DNA of 46,924 nt, the filler included, from Jimgerdemannia flammicorona (taxonomy: Eukaryota): NCBI GenBank assembly GCA_003990765.1. It is 2 parts of 2 records of this genome, joined end to end, with 100 filler letters (N's around TTAATTAATTAA, not from the genome) between each part and the next. Parts side by side here need not be neighbours in the genome. Positions count along the whole stretch, not along the records: positions 1 to 23,413 come from RBNJ01001108.1; positions 23,514 to 46,924 come from RBNJ01001109.1. The stretch is one strand, 5' to 3'. A model generated the notes under the pieces. The model saw nothing but the letters and a program-made list of their open reading frames with translations, made no database searches and was not told the DNA's origin. The position numbers and the translations under genes were made by a program. Shown here piece by piece: positions 12,250 through 23,705 of this stretch. The stretch's first letter is position 1; each line of letters begins with the position of its first letter.

Positions 12250-12656
12250 GAAGTTGTACTCAATTTCATGCAAGTCAACCCCAAGGCCCAGATCCCTCAA
12301 GTATAGTCAGAAGGAGCTATTGGTTTGGACCTTCAAGCAGTACAATAAGTCACCATCCCAGTATATAAAAGGAGACTCATTCTAACTGGCCTTTCAGTCA
12401 AAATTCCCAAGGAACACTATATAAGAATTGTATCAAGATCTGGTCTCAGTTTCAAGTACTCACTGGATGTTGGTACTGGAGTTATTAATTCTGACTTCTG
12501 AGGTGAAATGCAAGTCCTGCTAGTCAACCACAAGAACCAACCATATACTGTCAATGAAGGTGACAGCTTATTCTGGAGTGAGCCACCCTACCAGTCATCA
12601 AAGAAGTCACCAAGCTGTCATCAATCAAGTGAGATCAAAAAGGCTTTGGCAGTACT
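12250..12656 (+). pseudogene. dut: Trimeric dUTPase domain within the retrotransposon polyprotein
   Basis: All five motifs are traceable: GAIGLDL (I), RIVSRSGLS (II), GVINSDF*GE (III), EGD[deletion]LIL (IV), *DQKGFGST (V). It runs in frame into the protease. Confidence 0.92.
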
Positions 12657-15600
12657 AACAAAGTTACAAATATAGCTGAGAACCAAGCCAATTCAATGCT
12701 CATCTTCAAAGGTCTAGTTAAGAGACAAGAACTAGATGTTCTCATAGACAGTGGAGCTGTTAGGAACTTCATCAACAAGAACCTCATCGACAAGCTCAAG
12801 ATTCTCACCAAACCAGCTAGCAAGAATGGTTGAGTTGTTACTACAGATGGTACTACTCTACCAATTGACTCAATTACTGCTAAACTTCCCCTCAGATCCA
12901 GAAGTACTGGGAACATTTAGATTTTGAGATAGCACCACTAAGAGATTATAATCTGATCCTAGGTAAACCCTGGCTTATATGACACAACCCTCAGATTGAT
13001 TGGATCAAGAATGAAGTCACCTTGATTCAAGATGGAGCCAACATTATAATCAAGCCAGACAAGACTCAGATGAGGACCCCAATTGTTACTCTTTCAGTAA
13101 TTCAGTTCAAGAAGACCCTCAAGAAAGCTATCTGTGCCTTTGTTGTACTGATCTGATCCAAGAAAGAAGATAAGAAGCTGTCAATCAGTGAAAGTGTCAA
13201 GTTACTACTGAACAAGTACAAGGATGTCTTTCCAGACAAACTACCTGGTCTACCACCTTCAAGAGATCATGATCATGAAATCAAGTTGATATCTGATACA
13301 GCCATACCTAAGAAGGAGATATACTATATGTCACCACTCAAAATTGAAGCAGTCAAGAAAGAACTCAATGAACTCATTGAGTGAGGAGCTATTTAGCCAA
13401 GTAAGTCACTCTTTGGCTCTCCAGTCCTATTTGTCAAGAAGAAGGATGATACTCTGTGAATGTATATAGACTATCGAGCACTCAACAAGATTACAGTCAA
13501 GAACCATTATCTGCTACTGCTTATAGATCAAATCTTTGATACTCTCAAGAATGCAAAGTACTTCACCAAGATTGATCTCACCTCTGGATATCACCAAATT
13601 CGAATCAAGCCAGAAGACATACCCAAGACTGCCTTCATGACATCTTTTGAACTCTATGAATTCCTAGTCATGGCCTTTAGTCTCATCAATATACCAGCAA
13701 CTTTTTAAGACCTCATACAAACTGTCTTCAAGGACCAGCTCTATATCTTTGTACTTATGTATATTGATGACATCCTGATCTTCAGTAGCACTGAAGAAGA
13801 ATACCTCAAGCATATTGAACAAGTCTTCAAGATTCTCTGCAAGAACAAGCTCTATGCAAAGCTCAAGAAATGTAAATTCTTCAAGGATCAAGTCAAATAC
13901 CTTGGACACATTATATCAGCCAAAGGAATTCAAGTAGACCCAAGAAAAATACAAGCCATTGAACAGTGGCCTATATCAGCAAACCTCACTGAACTCAGGT
14001 CCTTCTCTGGTCTGGCTAGATACTACTGTCAATTTGTCAAGAACTTCTCTAATATTGCAGAATCTTTGACAAATCTCCTGCAAAAGGAACCCATATATTC
14101 CCTATATCTGAGATGTCTTTTGTCAATAAGCTTTTCGAGAACTCAAGAACTGCCTGATCCATGTGCCTGCCTTTAGAAATATGGACCCAAACTTGAAGTT
14201 CATGGTCACTATAGATGCATCCAACTTCGCCATTGGTGCAGTTATTTCTCAAAATAATGCTCAAGAATACTAACCTATTGCCTTCAAGTCAAGGAAGTTG
14301 TCTCCTGCAGAACAAAAGCTGGTAACCTATGAAAAGGAACTCCTGGCAATCATTTATGCCCTTAAGACTTAGTGATACTATCTAGAAGGAGTTGAGTTCA
14401 ATGTGATCACTGATCACAGGTCTCTTCAGTACATCAACACTCAACCAACTCTTTCCTGTCAATAAGCCAAGTAGAGTCAATTACTTCAGACCTGTATCCT
14501 AAATATCATTTATAAGCCTGGAAAAACTCTAGTTGTACCAGATATACTTTCAAGAAGACCTGATCTTGCTACAATTTTACAAGTCACTATGGCACCTGAA
14601 TTCCTTAACCAGATCAAGAAGGCATATGAACAAACTCTCTGGTTCTATAAAAGGACACCAAGGAATTTAAGGAAAAGTACACCATCAAGGACAATCTTGT
14701 GTACTATCAAGACAAAGTCTACATTCCTGCTGACCCTGAACTACAGTAAAAGATTCTTCATGAACATTATGACTCCCCACTAGCTGGTCATCTGAGAACT
14801 GAAAAGACTGTCAAGAATATCCAACAAGACTACTACTGGCCAAATATGCTCAAGAAAATCAAGGAGTATATTCAAAGCTACAATCTTTATCAAAGAAACA
14901 AGTCAAGCAATCAAGTATCTACTGGTCTTCTATAGCCTTTGTCAATTCTGACTAAGAAGTTTGAGCAAGTCACAATGGACTTTATTGTGTAACTCCCACA
15001 AACCAAAACAGACTATAATGCTATTATCATATTTGTAGACCATCTCACTAAGATCACAATTACTAAGCCAACCACAACTAATGCCACTGCTCCTGAAATT
15101 ACCAGAATCTTCTTCAAGACTATCTTCTACCAATATGGACTTCCCCAAGTAATTATTAGTGACCATGACCCCAAGTTCATAAGTCACTTCTGGTAAGTAC
15201 TTTTCAAGACCCTTAGAACCCAAATCGCTATATCTACTGCCTTCCACACTCAAACTGATGGACAAACTGAGTGAATGAACAGAACACTTGAACAAATACT
15301 CAGAAACTATATGTCTTATAAGCAAGATGATTGGAACCATTACCTGATCTATATTGAGTTTACCTACAACAATGCCATCCAATTATCAACTGGTCTTTCC
15401 CCTTTTCAGCTACTTTATGGTCAAAACCCTGAGACCTCTGTAAGTCTAGTCTCATTCCAGCAATCCAGTCACACACAAGTCTCCACAGCCCAGAACCTTA
15501 TCAACAAAATGGATTCCCTTCTCAAGATTGCTACTACAAATCTACAAAAGGCTCAGCAACATTAAGCTAAGTATGCAGATATATAAGTGGTGAGATATCA

Positions 15601-16343
15601 TATATAATATTGGTGATATGGTTCTACTCAAAGCTGACAACATCAAAGTTCAATCTCAAGTCAACTGCTAGTTAGCCGAATTCCAGCCTAAGTATCTTAG
15701 ACCCTTTGAGATCACTGAGCAAGTCTCTATCTAGTCTTACTATCTCAACCTGTCAACAACCATACATATATATCCAGTATTCTATATATCACAACTCAAG
15801 GCCTAGAACCAGTCACTCCCATACCCTGGCCAAATTCTGACATCAACAGTACCAGTTATAGTTGAAGACTACATCAAGTATGAAGTCAAGAAAATCTTAG
15901 ATAAGTAAGTTCAATACTATCACACAGAATACCTAGTCAAGTGGATAGACTACCTTGAATACAATGCTACCTAGAAATCTGCTATCAATCTCAAGAACTC
16001 CCAAAACCTCATTCAAGAGTTCAAGCAAAAAGAAACTCATTGACTGCCCATGAGGTTCTTCCCTTGGAAAATAGATGACATACTGTACTGATCAAGTACA
16101 TTATGTATCAGGGCACTCTAAGGGATATAGCATTAGAAACAAGACATACAGGAGAACCCTATAAATCCTACAACTAATGAGATTTGAACCAGTTCTCATC
16201 TGATCAAGATGATACTTTGGCCCTTGCCTTATACAAGGATAACTGGTCCTTACCAATGAGCTAATATATTTTATTTATAGTTTCTTTTAGTCTTATTATT
16301 TATTCTGTGTAATCTTTTGAATTCAATGAGAACATTGATTCTT

Positions 16344-16356
16344 AAGGAGGGGGAGA
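16344..16356 (+). promoter_or_regulatory. Polypurine tract AAGGAGGGGGAGA
   Basis: Directly abuts the TGTAAC start of the 3' LTR. Confidence 0.9.
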
Positions 16357-16766
16357 TGTAACATTTTAGCATAGTTTTTTTTTTTTTTTTTTTTTTTTTG
16401 TCTTTTCTGAACATTCTATAACCTTATAGTACTTTCCAAATGCTTAAAAATCTTTCTTGACACTGAGTATTAACTAGTACTCATTTAGCTAGTCATGGAA
16501 CTTCCTGGAAACTTGTAGAACTTTATTTGTTATCATTAGTCATCTTTGCTGAGAACTTTCCTCTTGGCATTTTCTCTTAATTTCTCAGATCCTTCTGGAT
16601 CCTTCTTTCAGATCTTGTATAAATATCTCCTTTGTTCTCATAAATAAAGCTTCAGAATATTTTCTCTCAAAAACTACAAGAATTACTAGAACTCTGAGTA
16701 TCTCTTCAAGCTACTTAGAACTTCTAGAACTAGTTACTTCCTCAAATAGAAACTAGAATCATTACA
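16357..16766 (+). repeat. 3' LTR of Gypsy copy A
   Basis: TGTAAC...ATTACA followed by the GGGAT TSD. Contains an expanded poly(T). Confidence 0.95.
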
Positions 16767-17159
16767 GGGATAGCAGTAGCAGTGGCAGTAGTTCAGCCTT
16801 GAATACTTCATCTATATCTAGATCAAATCAAACAAAAGCCAAACTGAATAAAAGTTAAATCAAATGAAAGTCAAATCGAATAAAAGTCAAATCAAATAAA
16901 GTTAAATTAAATGAAGATAAAATCAAATGAAAGTTAAATCAAATCAAATAAAAGCCAAACTAAATAAAAGTTAAATCAAATGAAAGTTAAATTGAATTAA
17001 GTCTTAATTTGGTTTGTATTGAATTAAATTGAGAGTTAATTCAACTCAATTCAGTTTTTTACAAGTACTAACTTGATATAAAGCTATAGTATTATGAAAA
17101 CTAGCAAAAATAAATTATTTGAAAAGAGATAATTCTTATAAAAGAGAAGTCAAAGATAT

Positions 17160-18895
17160 AAGTATATTGAATTTGTAGTTCCCTATCTACTATAAGAAGT
17201 AAACTTCAAGTAATTTAAGAAGAGAAGAGGGGTATCAACTAAGATATAAGAGTTGACAGAAGATAATATATAGAATTTACAGTCCTCTCTTCTGCCTACA
17301 ATAAGAGATAACCCCAAACTACTAATTAATATAATTGAAAGGAGTATGCAGAATTTATAATCCAATTACTTTTTATAAGAAACAACTTTAAGCAATTGAA
17401 CTCTGTCTCAGTTTAGCCTCCTAACTCTATACAGTAATACTATATCAGTAATACTACAAAGCAGAGTCAAGAGGCCAGTAAAGCTTAGAAAAAAAAATAC
17501 TCTAAAACTAGTTCTATATAGAGATACTTACTCTAACTGCCTATTCTTTATAAAAACTACTCTATCTGCTAACCCTAGATCTTAATTAGTCTGTTATCTA
17601 TTGTGAGTATAATGATTGTAGTATCTGAACTCTTCTCAGAGATAATAGTACTATAGTAATTTTATAGCTAGAATAAAATAGTAATATTGATTATGAACAG
17701 AACTTCAAAGTTATAAGTAAGATTATACTAAATACTATTACTACTCTGAGTCTACTCAAATCATTTTCCACAATCTTCAAAATTATACTAAGGTCAGTGA
17801 GAAGTTCTGGGGAAGTGGAGGGAGTATTTGTATCTTCTTGACTCTCTAGAAGATTATTGAGGTTTTCTTTCTATAATATAAATGAGTTGCCACTGTTCTC
17901 TAAATTCTGAGGAGTGATATCAGTAGTGATGATATCATTATTGGTGATGTTATCATTGGTGAAAGATATGGAGTATTCTTGCTACTATTCTTGAGAATGA
18001 TATTTTTATCTATAAAGTATAGAATATCTGTAGAATTCTGAGGAGCATAGACTCTTAGAGGAGGGCCTTGAAACAGTGCAATCAAACTATAGATAAACTG
18101 GTCTAGATTGTCTTCTAGGAGGGAGTTTCAAAGGTCTTAAGTCTTTTTACTTCTGAGTAAAATAGTAAATTGGGCCTCTTCTGCTATCATCTATTTAAGA
18201 TGATTTATACAATAGATTGACAGTTCTTGAATATTAGAGGTCTTGATATACTACAAGTTAAGGATGGCCCAGGGGGTATGCCTGAAGATTTGATGGATTC
18301 TCTTGCTTAATTACTACTCATACCTGTCCATAGATATAGTATCTGAGATTTTTTAGAAGTTAGTTTAAGAGAATTCTTAGTGGAGGTAATATTCCATCTT
18401 ATATTCTTACTATATAAGAAGGCATTTAGTGGCTATTGTGATTCTTATCTCTATCTTATAGTAGTTTAGAGTGAAGTGACAGAGGTCTCTTATATAGAGA
18501 TTTAAGCTTAGAATCTTTTTAATATATATTCTTATAACTCTTCTGATATTATTGAATATCTATACTTGAACTGATAGTCCTGAGTGAGTTCTTGATCTGG
18601 CTGTCTGATAGAGGGCAGGTATTTTGTTTTATATTGAGTCTTATATTTAATACTTGATACTTCTTCTTAATGCTCTCTTTTATAATTCTGGTATCTTCTC
18701 CTTTGGTCAGGAGTATGGTTATCTGATTGAGAGTAGTATACTCCTGAGGTCATTATGAGTCATTATGAGTTCAGATAAAGATCATCTTATAATCAAGATG
18801 AGTTATAGAGTAAGTCATATTTTACAACTAGTAGCTTGCAAAGAGTAAATAGTCTTTGAGGTTCTAATGTTACTGAATTCAGAAGCATCATTACA
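17160..18895 (-). mobile_element. Probable solo long LTR carrying an unknown ORF remnant (ATG at 18763)
   Basis: Begins TGTAATGA at 18895. It is homologous to 25696-25931 plus 31685-32690 and to 21100-21822. The left boundary is approximate. Confidence 0.6.
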
Positions 18896-19041
18896 ATATA
18901 TATTCATTGAGTTATAAATCAAACCTTAAATCAAATTAGTCTTTAATTTGATTTAAGTTAAATTAAATTGAACCTTTGATTCAATTGAATTGAATTAGGT
19001 TTGAGTTAAATTCAGTTTGATTTAATTCATTGAGAGTACTA
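18896..19041. mobile_element. Right end of another TAGT(A/G)CT hAT-MITE copy
   Basis: (AATTG/AATCA)n repeats ending TTGAGAGTACTA, the same end as 43442-43453. Confidence 0.75.
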
Positions 19042-20765
19042 TATAAAAAGAGAAATATTTTACCTAATATACTCTAATATAATATAAATATATAGCTAGA
19101 TAAACTCTTAATCTAGAACTTTATACTACCAGATAATACTAGAGAAGGATACTTATCTTTTATTGAGCCCTGAGAGCCCTGGCTTAAAAACCTATCTAAT
19201 CAGATAGTATTTAGTTAATCCTTTTGATTTATATATAAAGATTCCTCAGGTTGAATAAAAAAGTCAAATATTTATTTTATAAGATATACTGAATTTTATT
19301 AAAAATATATATATAGCTATACTAAGAGTACCACCAAGCTGATCTATTATTTGCTTTAGTAATTTGCTTAAAGATCTTTAGATAATAGCTACTATTATTA
19401 TATAGACTATATTATACTTATATAAGTTTACTCTCTAATAGTACTTCTGAAATTTCAGTAAGAGAATAAAAAAGTTAAAAATTTCAAAAATAGTTAAATA
19501 TGGAGAATTTTGGAAAAATCTTAAGGAATCCACCCTTTATTAATATTGCTATATATCTAATTTCTATCCAAACTCCCCCTCTTTACTTTTTATACTTTCT
19601 CTTTCCTGCTATTTAATATTTGATATAATTCTTACAAATCTTATTTATATAATATTAAAGCTTATTACTATAGAGTTTCCTCACTACTATTATATATAAC
19701 TATATATCTATCTACAATTATTAATAATAATATAATTCTCATCATCATTGAATACTCTAGTAGACAAATGAGTTCTTTGATCAAGAATAATTAGCTTTAA
19801 ATTGAATATTAAACCCCAAGTCTTAATAATAATATTAGTATTACTTATACTGAATAGCTTGCTCTCAAACTTCTCTAATATTAGATATCAAATGCAGCTA
19901 AACTTAGGTTACTTTGAATTCTTCTCTATAGTAGAACTAAGCTTTGATCTAAGTCAGTAAGCTGAGAGATATATATAGATAGATTGTATATAAGTTTTTT
20001 TTTAAATAAATAAAAAAAAGAGAAAGATAAAAGTTAGAATAAGAGTGAAAAGAAGATAATATTAGGACAAGAATAGAATAGAATCAGATTGAATTATATA
20101 TAAATAAAGTACTCACAAAGACTCACTTTTGGTCTTTTTGAGATCTTCACTTTATAATATATTGACTCAATAGCTCAGCTATCAAAGATATATCTTATAA
20201 TATTCTTTGGTTTTTCTTCATATTGATCAGATATTGTGAATAAAGTTGGCAGATCTAACTATAGAGTTGTGGACCCTAAGAAAGAAAATAGTATAAATGA
20301 TATAAGTTAGATTATATTATAGAATTTAACTAGTTATAATAGTAAAAAGATACCTATATTTACTACTAGCTACTCTACAAAGACTACTATATATATAGTA
20401 TTACATAGTGGTTATATAGTCCTTCAAATATGCCAAATTCTCTTCAAGGTGTATCTCTTAGACTAACTCAAGTTTGTTATAAGTAAGTTCTTATTGGAGT
20501 GCCTTCCCAAGGTCTTATAGTCCTCAAACTTCTTATCTTTAACTGTCTTGTTATCTCTTAGATTGTTTGTAAGGAAGTATATATATTGTACTGAGAGGAA
20601 CTGACTTTATTTCAGAGGAAATAAGGGAAGTATTTATATAAAATATGATTCAATGGTTGCTAAGATATAAAGCTAAATATAAATTCTAATAACTAAAATA
20701 AAATGCCAGGACAGGAAAAACTGCTAAGTTCCAGAGTCAGTACTGATAGTTATACAGATTCAAGA

Positions 20766-20888
20766 TGCTGGTATAATTTAGTATCATATCAGAATACCAA
20801 TACTGGCATTATTTAGTATTACATCAAATACCAGTGCTGGAACAATTTTGTATCACCTCAGAATACCAGTGCTGATATTATTTAGTAT
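20766..20888. repeat. 35-bp tandem repeat (TGCTGGTATAATTTAGTATCATATCAGAATACCAA-like), about 3.5 copies
   Basis: Directly visible head-to-tail units. Confidence 0.8.
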
Positions 20889-21303
20889 AACCAGGAGACT
20901 TAGAGCAGAATGTTCAAGACTATAGGGGCTTCATCATTAGAGGTCAGGATGTCTTCAAAGAAGATGAGGTCTGCAAATTCATCATTATAGTCATGTAGGT
21001 CACATGTTTCATATACTTCACATATTTTACATATTTTATGCTCATTGTACATCTCACATATGTTGCACAGGATGATGTCATCACTAATGATGTCATCATG
21101 TTCAATAGCAGCAGGAAGGAGGTCTGGGGCTCTCTAGTCTATGAAGTTCTCTTCCACAAAATAGGGAACAAATGTGGGGTCTTAGGGAGATCTAACCTGG
21201 ATACTTGGGTCTTGGAATACTGAGATCAATCCTTGCAGGAATTGGTCTGGGTTGTCCTGGAGGATGGGGTGCCAGAAGTCTTCTACTTCATCACTATTGA
21301 GGG

Positions 21304-21665
21304 TAGTACTCCCAATAAATTGAATTGAATTGAATTTGGCCCAAACTCAATTCGATTCGATCGAATCAAGGGTCCAATTTGATTCAATTTGAATCGAATC
21401 AAAGGTCCAATTCAATTTGAAGTTCGATTCGAACCTTAATTTTCAAAATGTAATAACTCGACGAAAACTCATCCAAATTTAACATATTTTAGCATGTTAG
21501 ATTCACTGTATTAATGTGATTCTAACAAGCTAAAGTATGTTAGATTTGGATGAGTTTATGCTGAGATATTGCATTTTGAAAATTAGGGTTCAAATCAGAC
21601 CCTCAATTCGATTCAACTTTTGATTTGATTCGATTTGAATTGATTCAACTCATTTGGGAGCACTA
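21304..21665. mobile_element. hAT-type MITE (362 bp) with an internal hairpin
   Basis: TIRs TAGTACTCCCAA and TTGGGAGCACTA, 8-bp TSD ATTGAGGG/ATTGAGAG. The homologous uninterrupted site is at about 32180-32195. Confidence 0.93.
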
Positions 21666-21821
21666 ATTGAGAGTGATAGTGGACTGGGCTTCTATAGCCA
21701 CCCTGGCTTCTAGTATATTGATATAGCAAGATGACAGGTCTCTGAAATCTGAGACTCTAACATACTCCAAGTTAGAGATTGACCATGGTGCATGTCTAAA
21801 GATCTGATGGATCTTCTTAGC

Positions 21822-21823
<2 letters not shown>

Positions 21824-21862
<39 letters not shown>

Positions 21863-22919
21863 CTTTTTTTTTTTATAGTTACTTGAACTTCCTTTCTTTA
21901 TTATATCTATCTATCCCATATAAATACAGTGATCTCACCCCCTATCCAATCTCCCTAGGGGGGCTCTCTCTCTCTACCCCTACCTGATGAAATACTACTT
22001 TGTCTAACACCATCTCTACCCTCCCACTACTCTGTTCACAAATCCTTGCTACAAAACTGTGATATCATCCCCCCTGAGAACTCCAACCCACCCACCATCC
22101 AGTCAGCAGATCCTCCAACAACTTCTCTCACTACAATACCTTCTCCTATAGCCCCATCTGCTACTCCTCCTCAAAAACAAAAAGCCAATGTCCAGCCAGT
22201 CCCACCCACACTACTAACACCCACCCTATAGTGAGCCAACTATCATCTATACCACCCACTAACCAAGATCTCAAGTCCTCCCAGCAGCCTCCCTCACCTG
22301 CCGGCCTTCGCTCTCACCTAGTCTATTCCCTATTTCTACCCAAAAGTCCTCCAAAATCTCACACTCTCCCAGCCAGTATTTTGGCATCTGCACAAGTCCC
22401 CCAGCTTGTCCAACATTGTAGTACTTCTCACAATCTAAACAGCCACCATCCACCAGATGCCCAGTGTGGTAATTCAATATGATATTCCTCTACAACATTT
22501 GCCACTATATCACTCAGAACTTGGGAGGAAGCCACCTCTTCACCTCAGCACTCCATGACCAGATATCTGCTCAGTTCCACTCCTTGTCAATCTCTGCCAC
22601 CTGCCAGCCATTCAGCCAAAGATCCTGACCAGGATCCTGCTGATACTCCACTCCATCCCTAATATCAAACTCAACAAGGGAAGTACCCCCCAGTAGCAGT
22701 CTATCTCATTGCCATATATCAGGACTCCACATCACCTCTCTCTTATTACCTTGCCAGTGCAGGCCAATTTGGTGTGCTCCATCTACCACCCCCCACCAAA
22801 AGCCCTTAAACTGCAGCCACTGATTTCCATTCAGCCCCACCAAAGAGAGTAGATCTCCTGAGAACCCTCAAGGGGAGGTTCTCATCTCCCACACCTTCTG
22901 CAATAGTGGCACCCAACCC
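21824..22919 (-). mobile_element. 3' end of an L1/Tx1-like LINE (ORF2 C-terminal Zn finger, 3' UTR, poly(A))
   Basis: Poly(T) at 21824-21874 and GCLDCEKYY..KYWLGECE. Homologous to 41430-42480. Cut off by the hAT end at 22920. Confidence 0.9.
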
Positions 22920-23413
22920 TAGTGCTCCGAACAAATGGAGTTGATCCAGATGAGATTCAATTCAGATTCGTCATGTGATGGATTCGAATCAACTCGGATT
23001 GGTCTCATGATCTGATCCGGATTGATCCGGATTGATCCAGATTGATCCATCCAGATTGATCCATTCGGATTGATCCATCCAGATTGACCCATCTGGATTG
23101 ATCCATTCGGATTGAAATCATTGGTGACGTCACCCTTTCTTTTGTTCATTTCGCTCTTGTTTTTTTTTCCTGCCGCACTTTGGTGACATCACCCTTTCCT
23201 TTGTTCCCTCTCTTTTCTTTGTTCTTTTTCTTTGTTCTTTCCTGCCGCATCATGAGCAAACAAAACAGCAGCCCTAAATTCGTACATTGGTCCAGTCTAC
23301 TCATTTTTCACCCTGCAATAATCGTCAAAAGAGGGAGTATTCGAGGTGGAAACGCACTCTCTGCTGACAATGTTAGATTCTTTCTCATATGGACAGCACA
23401 CAAGCTGCTCATC
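22920..23413 (+). mobile_element. Left end of a young, CpG-intact hAT-family element running into the gap
   Basis: TAGTGCTCC TIR, (GATTGATCC[A/G])n subterminal repeats, a duplicated TTGGTGAC(G/A)TCACCC...CCTGCCGCA block, and a candidate ATG at 23252. Confidence 0.75.
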
Positions 23414-23513
23414 NNNNNNNNNNNNNNNNNNNNNNNNNNNNNNNNNNNNNNNNNNNNTTAATTAATTAANNNNNNNNNNNNNNNNNNNNNNNNNNNNNNN
23501 NNNNNNNNNNNNN
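23414..23513. other. Artificial scaffold gap: N44-TTAATTAATTAA-N44
   Basis: 100-bp spacer containing a linker with stops in all six frames. Confidence 0.97.
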
Positions 23514-23705
23514 GCGCAAGCCCGGCAAGCACCATTGAAGCGATGGAATGGAGGGATTGTCGTTTCTGGAAATGCTGTCATGTTCTTGAATTTCGATTTG
23601 TCCTCTAGCCGGAGTAGAACGCGGCGAGAAAATAGCACCCAATGTTTTCAATGTATTTTGGCGCTGAGGCTATTAAGAGTATTTAGACAAAGAAAGAGAT
23701 TTTTC

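Larger units (their letters stand above)
11024..16043 (+). pseudogene. gag-pol: gag-pol polyprotein pseudogene (Gag, dUTPase, protease, RT, RNase H, integrase, chromodomain)
   Basis: KPDTFDG; knuckle YFFCHQLGYIAIKYP; LIDSGA (D at 12747); [31 protein letters not shown] (13760); TIDASNFAIGAV; integrase FHTQTDGQTE*MNRTLEQILR; chromodomain YEVKKILDK..EYLVKW..Y at about 15880-16020. Many stops derive from CAA/CAG/CGA/TGG. The start is approximate. Confidence 0.95.
10540..16766 (+). mobile_element. Full-length, inactivated chromodomain Ty3/Gypsy retrotransposon with dUTPase (copy A)
   Basis: Two LTRs, GGGAT 5-bp TSD (10535-10539 and 16767-16771), PBS, PPT, and Gag-dUTPase-PR-RT-RNaseH-IN-chromodomain order. 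Confidence 0.97.
9851..17070. mobile_element. Non-autonomous hAT-like element split by the Gypsy insertion (parts 9851-10539 and 16767-17070)
   Basis: Termini TAGTACTT (9851) and AAGTACTA (17070), with (AAATC/AATTG)n subterminal repeats at both ends. The GCAGTA-rich repeat continues across the Gypsy TSD. The 8-bp flanks match only 4/8, so no TSD is confirmed. Confidence 0.55.
20440..21822 (-). mobile_element. Third, more diverged copy of the ORF-bearing repeat; truncated by a LINE and interrupted by a MITE
   Basis: Minus-strand AKKIHQIFRHAPWSISNLEYVRVSDFRDLS...QDNPDQF is homologous to about 18100-18310 and 32040-32280. The left boundary is uncertain. Confidence 0.65.

Noticed and set aside
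16820..17060. (AAATC/AAAGT)n as telomeric or centromeric satellite
   Set aside because: It ends in the family TIR (AAGTACTA) and matches the subterminal repeats of the other hAT ends.
9843..17078. 8-bp TSD for the split hAT-like element
   Set aside because: GTATGAGA versus ACTTGATA match only 4/8, so the pairing of the two ends remains tentative.
19042..20440. Very AT-rich stretch as an endobacterial or mitochondrial insertion
   Set aside because: TpA excess and absent CpG match the local hypermutated repeats. No gene-like ORF or RNA was recognised, so it is left unassigned.
22919..23149. 76-aa ORF with NPNGSI/DQSG repeats
   Set aside because: It is the antisense translation of transposon subterminal repeats.
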